A stretch of DNA of 64,000 nucleotides, taken from the NCBI RefSeq assembly GCF_009914755.1, contig NC_060935.1. One strand, written 5' to 3'. The notes beneath the pieces were generated by a model. That model saw nothing but the letters and a program-made list of their open reading frames with translations. It did not search any database and had not been told where the DNA came from. Positions 1 through 11,960 of this stretch are shown in pieces. This stretch comes from the human T2T-CHM13v2.0 reference genome, Homo sapiens. The first letter of the stretch is position 1. Every line of letters begins with the position of its first letter. A program made the position numbers and the translations under genes.

Positions 1-1650
1 ACGTTCTGGGATGTGCTTTCAGTCCTCGTATTACGGCCAGCACCTTACACTGTCTCTGTGAACGGGGCCAAGCCATGATGTGCCAACAAGTGTCAGCTTT
101 GAAAGGTGTTTGTCTCCCAATCGGGGTGACTCCCCTGCTGCCTGGCAGCATGTCGCAGATCAGCACAGAGTGGGGCCGTGGTTCAGCAGTGACCCACAGA
201 ATGGCTTTGAGCATCAGTCTACAGGACAGGTTGGAAGCATCCACTGTGAACCAGGCATTAGTCCCCTACCTGGCCTGTGTGTGCTCAGTAGAGAAGGAGA
301 GGGACAGGCCACTCCCAGACTGCCCAGCCCAGGAGGGTTAATAAATTGGGGCCGAGCCAACCTGTCAGTGCTTCCTGAATGCCCCAGCCTCTGTATTGGT
401 GCGTTGGTTCAGTGACATTTTCTAAACTCTCCTGAAAATCCAGCTGCTCCTCCCTGCTGCTTGGGAGTTCACCCAGGAGAGGAAATGGGTGTGTTTTGTT
501 AAGGTCCCTTGTGGAGACTCAGGGCTGAATCCTGCTTGGTAATATTAGTGTGTGTGCTTGGGGATGGACCTTCTACTGAATAAAAACTCCCTCCCTCCCC
601 CCATTGTGGTCACATATCATTCTACATATCTCATCTCTGAGCATCTCCATGGAAGCTTGATTTTTGTTCTTTTTGGTTTCTTTATGTATTTTTTTCTGTT
701 GTTATTATTTTTTAATGTTCAAAGACTAGCCTTTCCCTTTGGGATTCCAAATGATCCCATGCTGTGGTCTGAGGGGCAAAGCCACCTATGTTGGCGCTCG
801 CCATTAATCCCCAGCGCTCAGTTTAGAGGCTCACGTGCAGACATCAGAGGCTCCATGCTGCACAGTAGCTCAGGCAGGGTAGTGCCTCTCAACCCAGCCA
901 CAAAACTCTCCCCGCTGGAGTCCCAGATGGCGCTTCACACCAGGGCAGTGGAGGCAGGCATGGTTTTTGGGCACAGGGCAGAGCATAAGGATCCCAGGTC
1001 AGTGTGGGAGAGCTACTGGCTCTTAGGATCACCTTGGGCAGAAGTCACACGGCTTCACCCTAGGAGGGCCCAGCTTGGGAGTCTGCCTCCCCCTGATCCC
1101 AGGACCACCCACAGGAGAGGGGCAGTGTCCATCTTTCTGAAGGGACCCTTTGGAGATCTCGTCCTAAGTGTGGAGAGGACTGACGTGGCCCTGTCATCTC
1201 AACACATCCCAGGGTCAGGCAGGCCTCAGCTGAAACAATGTCAGGGTCCTCAAGGGTCCCATTTAGACAGACCCACGGCTTGTAACAGTGCGCTCCTCAG
1301 GAGGCAGCACTAGCGCATACCCACTCCCCACGGACACTGAGTTCCTGGTGACAGCTGCAGCCCCAGCCCCGCCAGGAGTCCTGGAGACAGCAGCCCTCAG
1401 AGACCCTGCAGGAGTGAGTGCACCCCACCTTGCTCAGCCACACCCCACTCCCCTGTGCCCTGTAGTTGTGCTGCCCATGCTCCACACACCATGGGGCCCC
1501 TTTGCTCATTTTTGGACTATTTATACAGCAGGTTTGGATCATGTTTTTCTACTAATAAGAATGCTAACATTGTTGTGTAGATAATCAGTGAGGCCTTTAT
1601 GAAGTTTACACCTTTGCATTATTAAAGGAAATAACAGTTCATGTGAACTC
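1..1650 (+). other. NCAM1: Probable distal 3' UTR of the GPI-anchored NCAM-120-specific terminal exon (coding part upstream of window)
   Basis: Unique, apparently repeat-free sequence ~5 kb upstream of the TM exon, where the GPI-specific exon lies in NCAM1; AATAAA 579-584 and ATTAAA 1621-1626 followed by T/GT-rich sequence. Coding part not visible, so this is inference from gene structure. Confidence 0.65.
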
Positions 1651-1690
1651 ACCAGCGTGGCTTGATTTTATTCAATAGTTGTGTCTGACA
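1621..1690 (+). terminator. NCAM1: Candidate distal poly(A) site of NCAM-120 mRNA
   Basis: ATTAAA 1621-1626; downstream GTGGCTTGATTTTATT and AGTTGTGTCT (U/GU-rich element). Confidence 0.55.
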
Positions 1691-3649
1691 AAGCAGCAAA
1701 GACCCTTTCCCTCCGCCTCACATGTACCTGGATAGACTATTACCTAGAGAAATAGTAGCCTGGTGAATGAAATACTTTTTCTTCCTAACGGGGAGCAATC
1801 TCTTTTTCCCAGGCATCCTAAGAGCTGTTAAGAGGCATTGCTGCCTTGGAGTCCCCAGCAGGCAGTGGGAGGGGAAAATGCCTTTGCAGAACTGGGGAGG
1901 TGGTCACTATGGGGATGGGGCCACACTCTGAGCCAACAGATGCACAACTCTGTGGCAAGGTCACCTGATGACACAGCAGCCTTTATACTATCCCTAACAG
2001 AGGCTGCACAGAGTGAGCTTGTGGAGAGGGAATCTGAGAGAAGATTCTCTTTGCAAACTGTATTCTATTCATAATCACACTTAACTCAGACGCATCCTGC
2101 AAGCCCCTGAGACCAGCCATCTGTTTAGCTGATTCGAAGGAGCAAGCAGACATGTAAAGGGCTTATGAGTGAACCAGAACCCCAGCTCAACAGTTCCAAG
2201 AGTCTGACCATCTTCTGGGAGTCTTGGGGGTGAAAAGGGCATTTCTGCTGCACCAGGGTCTCATGGCACAAGGACTCAGGCCCATCTGGATATTTATAAA
2301 ATGTGAGACCCATGTTCCTATATTAAGGCATACAAAAATAGGCATCTGTGGGTCTCATTCTTGGAGCAAGCCAGTTCCCTCTTTAGTGCCAACCCCTCCC
2401 AAGCCAGGAATCACAGAAGATGGACAGCTCCACCTTCATAATCTCCCTGTCCTGGGCAGCTCTGACCTCGAGGTTATGGGGAAACTCTTCCCCAGAAGCC
2501 TTCTTTGCATCCAAGGTGCACAGGTGAGTTAGTCAAGGGAGGGCTGAGGGAAGACCATAGCAAAGACAGACCCATGGAGGTTTATATTTTTCCTTTTATG
2601 AAATATTACACAAGAGGCAGGAGATGGCCTTTGTTCTTCTAGTTATCTTGGACTAAACAATTCTGTGATAGCCACTGAGAGGGAATGGGTGTTGGCTTTC
2701 GCCTTCAATACCCTGCTGCCCATTTCACAGCCTGTCCCTTCTTCACAGCCTCTTTTTTGTAAAAGCCACAAACATTCTCTTCCTAGCTTAAAGAGCATCT
2801 CACCTGCTTGAGGAGTTTAGACTCAGTGTTGGCATACAGTATGGTCGCTTTTCCTTTGGGGCATACTCTTTGTTTTCTCTTGATCCACTCAATACCTTAG
2901 GTCAAGTTTGTTTTCAGGGTCACTGGGTGAGACAGCACAGTGCACCCTGGGGTGGCAAATCATGGGATCACGTGCTCCTCTTTGTAATGCAGGGGAGGGA
3001 AGACCTAGGAGCGTGGTCCTCATAAGAATCACCTGGGCTGCTTGTTCAACTCCTGTTTCCTGAGCCTCATACCCAGTGATTCAGATCCCATAGAAGTGGG
3101 GAGCCCCAGATTCTGAATTGTTAACAAACACCCTAGGAATTTGCTACAGGTGGAGATATATTGAGTTTAAAGGTATTTGTCATGCAAAAATAAAATCACA
3201 AGGATCAGTGATTAAATATGGGACCTACCGAGCATTTTGGTCTTCCAGGAAAAAGTCTTTCTCAGTCCACACTCTGGAGACTGGCATTAGGGAACCTGTA
3301 CCGTGTGCCAGGCAGTGTAGAATGTATGACTTGGAATGACAGGCTCTTGTGGTTGAAGAGACACTCTCCACCCATGCTCCTGCCCAGTGTGGGAGCCTCA
3401 TCCACAGCCTTACAGCGTCCCTGCCAAGGGGTCTTCTGGCCTCTGCTCGAGTGCCTTCAGCATCAAGGAACTCACCTCTCAGAGCAGCCCACACTATGTT
3501 GGATTCGCCCTGTTTATTAGTCCTTTCTCAGATGGAGCTAAAATCTGCCACCACCATAATTTCCACACATTGGTGCCATATACAGTAAGACTACTTCTTC
3601 CTTCTGGTTATAACACCTTTAAATATTTGGAAATAGTATTCTCGTCTCC

Positions 3650-4150
3650 AGACTAAACACTCATCCATTTGTGCAACAAGTATTCTTTGAACATTTTCTG
3701 TGAATCAGGATTGTCCTAGATGCTGGGGAGATACAAGAGAGACAGGCAGGGTACCTGCTGGGATGTCCTAGGGGGGATGGCTAGATCATAAGCATGTAAA
3801 TGAACAGAAAGTGGCAGATAGTAGTTAGAAGAGAATAAAACAGGCTAGCAGCATGGTAGGTATTGGCTGGAGGTGCCACACTAGATAAGAGATCAGATAA
3901 GGCTTCTCTGAGAAGGTGACACTGGGACTGAGGCCTGCAGGACAACAGAGAGCCACCCTGGAGGGAGTGTTCCAGGCACAGAATCATCAAGGCCCTAAAG
4001 CGGGTTGAGCTGGATGTGTTCAGCAGGCAGAAGGGAGGCTGCCGGTTCACGCCATGAGGCCCAACAGAGGAGTGGGCAGAGTCTGCAGCAGATGGTGGGC
4101 CTTTTAGGCCGGGAGAAAGACTTTGAATTTTATATTCAAATGAAAGGGGA
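3650..4150 (+). mobile_element. L2 LINE remnant (approximate; orientation not firm)
   Basis: L2-like motifs cattcattt/caacaagtatt...ctagatgctgggga...ggcttctctgagaaggtgacact...ttgaattttattc. Confidence 0.55.
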
Positions 4151-6637
4151 GGCCGCTGCCCTACTTGTTTATGCCACAGTTCAGAAGCCTTTTCCCTGCC
4201 TGGCCCTCCCCTGGATGTGCGCAGTGCCAGTGCCGCCCTCCAGCTGGGTCTGATGAGCACAGAGCAGTTGTCCCAGCTGCTGTCCTCTCAAGCACATAGA
4301 GCAGCTTTGCAGGAGTTTATTTTTCCTCTTTAGAGATATGATTAGTTTCACAAAATCATATTTACACATAAACCTCAGAAGATATAATTAGTGCCATTGA
4401 GTCCAAAAATCCAGACATATTCCCCACTGTCATCAAAAAAATACTTTCAGATCTTTCTTCAGGGAGTAGGCACTTTACACCTATCGGGTACTGATGTCCG
4501 GAAGCTGCAGTGGCCTGGAGCCCTGTGTCATGGAATGGAGAGAAAACCCAAGGCTAAAGTTTCTTCCCTGTTCAGGGAAACAGCTATGGGATCCTGAAGA
4601 CCAAGAAGGCCTGTGTCTCCTTTGCTTTTTGGGTGGAATGTGTGAGGACTCTGGGGAAGTGGATGGTTTTGTTCTTATGAGACTAACCAGAAATACCTCT
4701 GCATTCATGGCTGCTAAGAAAATGACCCATTCTAGCTGACGGCTAAGGCCAGTGGCCAGCTTCCTGCTGCCAAAGCCCAGAGACAGGTGTCCAGAGCTGG
4801 GTTCTCCAAGCAGAGTTCTTCGCCATCTCAAGCCTTCCTGGGGGAATGCGCTAGGATCTTCAGTGCGAGGTCAGCAGGGACCAGCCAGAGAGCCTGAGGA
4901 GGAAGGGCTGGGAGGCAAGCCAAGGTCCCAAAGGGACTAAAAACATGTACGAGCTGCACCCAGGGGTCTCAGGAGTCGTTTGTGAGGGATCCTCTCTGGC
5001 ATGCTAGGCTGATGGCCCATTCCCCAAACTGAAGTTTGAAATATGGACCAGTGGAGAGGGACAGCCACCAGAGAAGCACTAGAGTGCCTGGACAGAGACC
5101 CCTGGGGCACACAGAGCCATCAATACCACCACCCTCCCGCAAATACAGGCTGCATGAAAAACAAAAAATGTGTGGCCCAGCTCTGGTGCTGGTTACTCAG
5201 TTACATGTTCCCTCCACTATCTATCTGGCATGTTACATGGCTCGCAAGCTGCTGAGCCTGGCCTGGTGCTTGGCAAAGCCTAGCGAGCTGGGTTGGGAGT
5301 GGGGTGGCTGGTGGGGTGAGCCCCAGGTAGTGCTGGCTACAGTTCCCATCTTCAGTCTGCAGTCCTGGGTGGCTTCAGTTGGCCCTGAGAGCACAGGAAG
5401 CTTTAGACATAGTCTACTGGTGGGGCAGGGCTGCCAGTTATGGAAGCAGGTTGTTCTGGAGGAAAGATGAATTAGAAGTGCCCATATTTCAGTCGAGGGT
5501 GATTGTTCCCACATCGACTTAATGGCAGAGCTCCACATGGGTCCTTGCTTCCTGCATCATGACCACTGTCTCCCAGACACTGATGGGAACCACCAAGAGG
5601 TCAATTGGTCCATCCCAGGCAACTAGTGTCAATCGTAACCATGGGTTGATCTCCCAGGGGCCCCAGAGAGCTGAGTCCAGGTCTCTCTGTGAAACCATCA
5701 ATAGCCAAAGACCCTGGGGGGATTGCAGATGGGCACCAGGGAAGTAAGACACAGGCTGAGTCTTTCACAGTGAGTCCAGCCAGAACCAGGGTGCCAGGTG
5801 CTAGAATGTGAGAGTGCATGCCTGTCTGCATGGGCATTTATCCTGCGTGTGAGTGTGCCTGTGTGTGTGTGCACCTCTGAGTGAGTCTGCACTCACTTCA
5901 GGTTTTCCTGAAGTCTGGTCCAAGCAGGCCTGAGCTCCTAGATGGTGAGTATTCCCAGACCTTTCACCTTGCCCATGGCCTGGGGAGGCCTCCATGTCTC
6001 TGGAGTCACCCAGGCTTCACTTGTCTTCCTGGGGTGCAGTGAGGAGGGTAAACTATGAACCCAGTGTGCTCTAATGCAGGGCTCCTTTGGGGTCATTCCT
6101 AAAGAGGGAAAGAGGAAGTGGAGAAGTATAATGGGGATGCTATTGTGATGGACAACCCAACAAGCCCCAAGAAAGCCCCAGGAACCCTCCACCACCCCAT
6201 TTTGGGCCCCTATCCCTGAGCACTTGAGGAGCCACAGCCCCGCCTGAAATCAGTGATCACTGCCTGCCTGTGCTGCAAAGCCTTTTGCCCTGGTCCAGGG
6301 GAAACACAGCAGCGCCCTCCAACTGCCTCATTATCCGGTGTTCTCAGACAGGCGGGGCTCAGTCTGCTCCCAGGACTCACGGGAGGCCAGCTGACCAGGC
6401 TCACCCCTGTTCCCCAATCTGTGAGATGATGTTGTCATCCCTCCCTCTGGAAGGTATAGAAAGACCCTGTTTTCTCAATTCTGGGGCATAGAAGGTCCCC
6501 AGGAAGGTGTCACTCTGGGCATGAATGCCATGACTCTGTCCTCTGGGCCCTCCCCACCCGCAGGGGCTTTTGCTGGCAGGGTCTGGAGGTCTCGCATCTC
6601 AGTCTGTTAACCACCAGCCATCTCTCTCCCACTCAAG

Positions 6638-6845
6638 CCAACGGCAGCCCCACCTCAGGCCTGAGCACCGGGGCCATCGTGGGCATCCTCATCGTCATCT
6701 TCGTCCTGCTCCTGGTGGTTGTGGACATCACCTGCTACTTCCTGAACAAGTGTGGCCTGTTCATGTGCATTGCGGTCAACCTGTGTGGAAAAGCCGGGCC
6801 CGGGGCCAAGGGCAAGGACATGGAGGAGGGCAAGGCCGCCTTCTC
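6638..6845 (+). CDS. NCAM1: NCAM1 transmembrane exon (classical exon 16; NCAM-140/180)
   Basis: ctcccactcaag|CC acceptor and TC|gtgagt donor; translates (A)NGSPTSGLSTGAIVGILIVIFVLLLVVVDITCYFLNKCGLFMCIAVNLCGKAGPGAKGKDMEEGKAAFS: TM helix plus four juxtamembrane Cys; phase 1 in, phase 2 out. Confidence 0.97.
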
Positions 6846-7545
6846 GTGAGTGCAGACCTGTCCACCTTGCTGAGGTTTGGGCTCTGCTCCAGCCCAGGGA
6901 CCCAGCAGCTGCACCACCCTGCGCCATCAGCTGGTGCCTTTCCTTTCATTGCACGTTCTCCATTTGGAACCCTGATGGGGGAAAAACATTAGAGAAAAGT
7001 TTCTCAAAGCATGGTCTTTGGGGGTTACCTGTTTGAAATGTAGACTCTTGAGCCCAATCCCAGATCTCTTGTATTAGAATCTCCCCAGAGTGTGAAAATC
7101 CCTGTGTAGGTCAAAATGAGGGAAATTGTCAGAACTAAACCTGGGGAGGAGCTGCCATGGGGTAGGGCAGCATTAGAGGGACACACTTACCTTGCTTTCG
7201 TACATTGTTTATTCATTCATTCATCCATCACTCAACAAATATTTATCAAGCAGCTGCTGCAGGCAAGGCACTGTTCCCAGGCACATAGGTACAACAGGGA
7301 ACAAACAGATAGAAATTCTTGTCCTTATGGAGCTGATGATCCAGATACTGTCCCTCCAACAGCATCTTGGAGAAACAGATCCTAAGCCAGTTAGCAAGAG
7401 CCTTCGAAGACCGTCACTGGGTGGAGCAGAGCTGGAGCAAGCCAGAAAGGGACTGAGCAAGGAAATAAGTTGTTTAGCACCACCACATGCCAGGCACTGT
7501 ATATGCATATACATGTATGTGCATGTACTTAGAAATGTATGTATA

Positions 7546-8110
<565 letters not shown>

Positions 8111-8209
8111 GCCCACCGTGCCAGCCTTGGGTTGAGTCATAGCTGCTCTTCCGTGGGAGCCCCTCCCTGCAGCTGCCCTAGGGTCTAACCAGCAGTACTG
8201 TCTCCACAG

Positions 8210-8326
8210 GAAAGATGAGTCCAAGGAGCCCATCGTGGAGGTTCGAACGGAGGAGGAGAGGACCCCAAACCATGATGGAGGGAAACACACAGAGCCCAAC
8301 GAGACCACGCCACTGACGGAGCCCGA
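8210..8326 (+). CDS. NCAM1: NCAM1 cytoplasmic exon (classical exon 17)
   Basis: Branch-like CTAAC 8185-8189, tctccacag|G acceptor, GA|gtacgt donor; 117 nt; [39 protein letters not shown]. Confidence 0.97.
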
Positions 8327-9382
8327 GTACGTGGGCTGGGAGGGGCTGGCACCTGCTCCGTAGAGACCCCCACACCCACCTCCCCACCCTACCCCCACCT
8401 CCCGTGCCCCTACCCACAGCTCCCGGCCAAACAGTTCAGGCCAGGATTCCAAACCCTTGGCCACAAGACCTGCTTGGCTAAGAAATGCCTGACCTCAGGC
8501 ATTTCTGGTTCTATTTCGGTGGCTGTGGGTACCCTTAGAAGGCTCCTGTATAAGTAGGGATCCCTGGATCCCTAGCCCCTGTTCTCAAGTTATACACATA
8601 TTCTGGAAATGGCTTAAGGTGGCAAAATCTCACTGAAAGGCTTAGCAGAGTCTGCTTAGGATTTCTTGAAATTCTAGGGTTTTGTGTTTTCCCCCTGAAA
8701 GGATAAGGGAAGCTGGGGACCTGGTAAAGTTCTCTGCCCCTCCTCTGTTCAGAAACCTCGGGGACCCACAGAGCCCCAGACCAGTTGTGGTTGTAATGCC
8801 TGCCTAGCTGTCAAGGATCTTATGGGCTTAAAGGGAATGGAGTTTCAGGGAACCACAAAATCTGTGACTGGAAGAACCCACAGCTCCTATGAGCCATTCT
8901 GAGTACTCGTGATCTGCCTTATTCGTGACTTTTCCCATCGGTGCCCTGGGGAGCCCTGCAGGACAGCTGGGCCCAGTTCCTCTGGGACCTGGGAAGCCTA
9001 GAGCAGGTGGATGCTGAACAGAAGCCTGCCCCTCCTTGAATGGAGATCCAGGGCAGGGATCAGGAAGCCCTAGGCAGGTCTGCAAGGACTTCAGGGAAAG
9101 GGAGCTCTATGCAGAGAGCTGGAGAGACATCAGCAGGGAAGGGCTAGCAGGTCCCTTTTGAGACCGCCACGTTCTCTGTCGTCTCCTGTGTCCTCTTCTG
9201 CCCACCTGGGCGTGTGCTTCCTCTCAGCATCCTTCTCTCTCTGTGGGCCTGTGTCCGTGCCTGTGCCTAACTGCATGCCCCCACCCCCATGGTCCCTGTC
9301 CTGGGCTTCAGCCCTCCTCCTCGCTTCTCTGTCACGTCTCAGCTTCATTGTCTATTCTCTTCTACTTCCTGTCCTCCCACAG

Positions 9383-10198
9383 GCTGCCTGCCGACACTAC
9401 GGCCACTGTCGAGGACATGCTGCCTTCTGTCACCACCGTCACCACTAACTCTGACACTATCACCGAAACCTTTGCCACTGCTCAGAACAGCCCCACCAGT
9501 GAGACCACCACCCTGACCTCCAGTATTGCCCCGCCGGCCACGGCCACGCCTGACTCAAACTCTGTACCGGCTGGCCAGGCCACCCCTTCCAAGGGGCCCA
9601 GCGCCTCTGCCCCCTCCCCGGCCCCAGCTTCAGCCCCCAAGGTCGCCCCCCTCGTTGACCTGAGCGACACCCCGACCTCAACCCCTGCCGCTAGCAATTT
9701 GTCTTCTAGTGTCCTGGCTAACCAAGGGGCTGTCCTCAGCCCAAGCGCCCCTGCTGGTGTCGGGGAGGCCTCTAAGGCTCCTCCGGCCAGCAAGCCCACC
9801 CCTGCACCAGTCCCCACCCCGACTGGGGCAGCCAGTCCTCTAGCAGCAGCGGCTGCCCCTGCCACAGAAGCCCCTCAGGCCAAGCAGGAGGCTCCCAGCA
9901 CCAAAGGCCCGGACCCGGAGCCCACCCAGCCCGGAGCCGCGAAGAGCCCGGCCGAGGCAGCCACAGCCCTTGCTAGCCCGAAGAGCGAGGCTGCCTCCGT
10001 CAGCACCACAAACCCTTCCCAGGGCGAGGACTTTAAAATGGACGAAGGGAACTTCAAGACCCCAGATATTGACCTTGCAAAGGATGTTTTTGCAGCCCTG
10101 GGCTCTCCTGCTCCCGCCGCTGGGGCCAGTGGACAAGCCCCTGAGCTTGCTCCTTCCACTGCAGACAGCTCTGTTTCGCCTGCGCCAGCAAAGACCGA
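9383..10198 (+). CDS. NCAM1: NCAM-180-specific cassette exon (classical exon 18), Ala/Pro/Ser/Thr-rich cytoplasmic insert
   Basis: Long pyrimidine tract, ctcccacag|G acceptor, GA|gtacgg donor; 816 nt = 272 codons, phase 2/2 symmetric; LPADTTATVEDMLPSVTTVTTNSDTITETF...SVSPAPAKTE, within ORF 9243..10280. Confidence 0.95.
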
Positions 10199-11446
10199 GT
10201 ACGGCCTCTCTTTGTCTGCTGTCATCGGGTTGTGTCCTGTGGTGGTGTGCATTTGTGCTGTGCTGTGTCCTCCTTGTTAGATGTGTCTTCAGCCTCATCC
10301 AGGGCTTCTCTGAGGCGACCGTCAACCAAGGGGCTGGGATAAGGCAGAGAGAGCAGGACAGGCAGCTGGGCCCCAGGAGCAGCCGCCTGCTGGCTAATTA
10401 GGCCATGTTAATTATGTTTTATCCTTATCATCCTAGCAGCGGCTTCTGTTTTCCCTGGGGGAGCCCTTGCAGTCAGGCCACTGATGAGAATAGCTTGGGA
10501 AGCAGGCTAAGAAGGCCAAGGTGCCCTTATCAGCCACCCTGGGGCCCCCAGTCGGTGTGTTATTCAGTGCCAGGCTGAGTCCCTACCAGAAAGGCACTGA
10601 TGTGCAGGAAGAAAAGAGGTAGGCCCCAGGCCCGTGGCAGGGGAGGGTGCAGTTCAGAGGTCCCCTCACACTGTGGCTCAGATGCTCACCCTCCCCTCCC
10701 AACCCCGGCCCCCAGCCCACTCTTGCTTCTCCTGCTCTTAGAGTGGCTGGGAAGACTCGGGGCTCCCCAGCATCAAATGGCTGCTGGGTCTCAAAGTTCA
10801 GGAGAAAGTCCTTAACCTTTCAGGTTTGTAAGTGTCTTGCCAAAATTCAGTGGCACCAGCTGAGGCTGGGGTCTGTGCCTGTCCCCATGCATCCTCAGAC
10901 CCGACTCCCTTTCCTGGAACTGATGGAGGCAGAGTCAGACCTAGATTTTTATAGAGGCTCCTATGGCTGCTCCCCAGATAAGCTGCCATGCTGCCACCAT
11001 GGGCTGCAAGGGGCTCTCGCCAGGAGCCCTGAATCTCAGCATCGGGAGGGAAAAGGACTCTGATAGCCCTGCCCACTCAGCTGCCCTCAACTCTCGCATA
11101 GCCACCAGGCCCACTCTAGTACCCCACCAGGCTGCCATGAAAAGCTGCCTCCATCAGTGTTTTCTCACCCTACCCAGGCAGGCCCTAGAGGCATCATCCT
11201 GCAACAGCACAGGGTGGGGTGGGGAAGGGACAGGCAAGAGTGGGTTGCAAAGGGGCCCCTGAAATCAGTGCTGGGAGCCCAGCCCAGCCCAGCAGGCTGC
11301 ATTTACATCCAGCTGAGCTGTTGCCACTGCAGCTGGTCAGGGTGAGGAGGAGCTGCCTCTGCTGCCCCCTTCCACCACCCCAGGTAAAAACACAGCCTCT
11401 GGCATCAACTTAGGGCTGGAAGAGGAAAGGACTCGTTCTTCTGACT

Positions 11447-11600
11447 CAGTGCTTCTCAACTATGGCTGCACATTAGAGTCACTTGGGTGCTTTTAAAAGT
11501 CACTGTGTCCGGACCAATTAAATCAGGATTTCCGCGAACACAGCTCGGGCTTGGGTGATTTTTAGTGCTCCCAGGTGATTTGACGGGCAGAGGTTGGAGC
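11447..11600. mobile_element. MER5-like hAT-Charlie MITE in NCAM1 intron 18
   Basis: cagtgcttctcaac...gcacattagagtcacttggg...ctcccaggtgatt. Confidence 0.6.
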
Positions 11601-11716
11601 CGGGTGCTGTCACTGGAGAACCCCTCCTCCTCCCTGCTGTCCCCAAGGCCTGGATGCAGGGGCGAGATGTCTGCAGACCGTGGTCTCAGTGGTTCTGTTT
11701 TCCTGATTCTCTGCAG

Positions 11717-11837
11717 GAAGGGCCCCGTAGAAGCAAAGCCAGAGTGCCAGGAGACAGAAACGAAGCCAGCGCCAGCCGAAGTCAAGACGGTCCCCAATGA
11801 CGCCACACAGACAAAGGAGAACGAGAGCAAAGCATGA
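11717..11837 (+). CDS. NCAM1: NCAM1 terminal coding exon (classical exon 19)
   Basis: ttctctgcag|G acceptor; KGPVEAKPECQETETKPAPAEVKTVPNDATQTKENESKA then TGA at 11835-11837, the known NCAM1 C-terminus. Confidence 0.97.
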
Positions 11838-11904
11838 TGGGTGAAGAGAACCGAGCAAAGATCAAAATAAAAAGTGACACAGCAGCTTCACCAGAGCATT
11901 TCCA

Positions 11905-11960
11905 ACACCACAGACACACACACGCACGCACACACACAAACACACATGCACACACACACA
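11905..11960 (+). repeat. Imperfect (CA)n microsatellite in NCAM1 3' UTR
   Basis: cacacacacgcacgcacacacacaaacacacatgcacacacacaca. Confidence 0.9.

Noticed and set aside
552-1313. 253-aa ORF with a hydrophobic N-terminal stretch
   Set aside because: GTG start, lies in probable NCAM-120 3' UTR, hydrophobic run comes from a T-rich tract, no recognisable domain
9482-10325. Long antisense ORFs over exon 18
   Set aside because: Shadow frames of a GC-rich low-complexity coding exon; the main one is broken by a stop at 9875-9877
11835-11870. Stop-codon read-through extension of NCAM1
   Set aside because: Context TGA-TGG is not the TGA-CTAG read-through motif; next in-frame stop follows after about 10 codons
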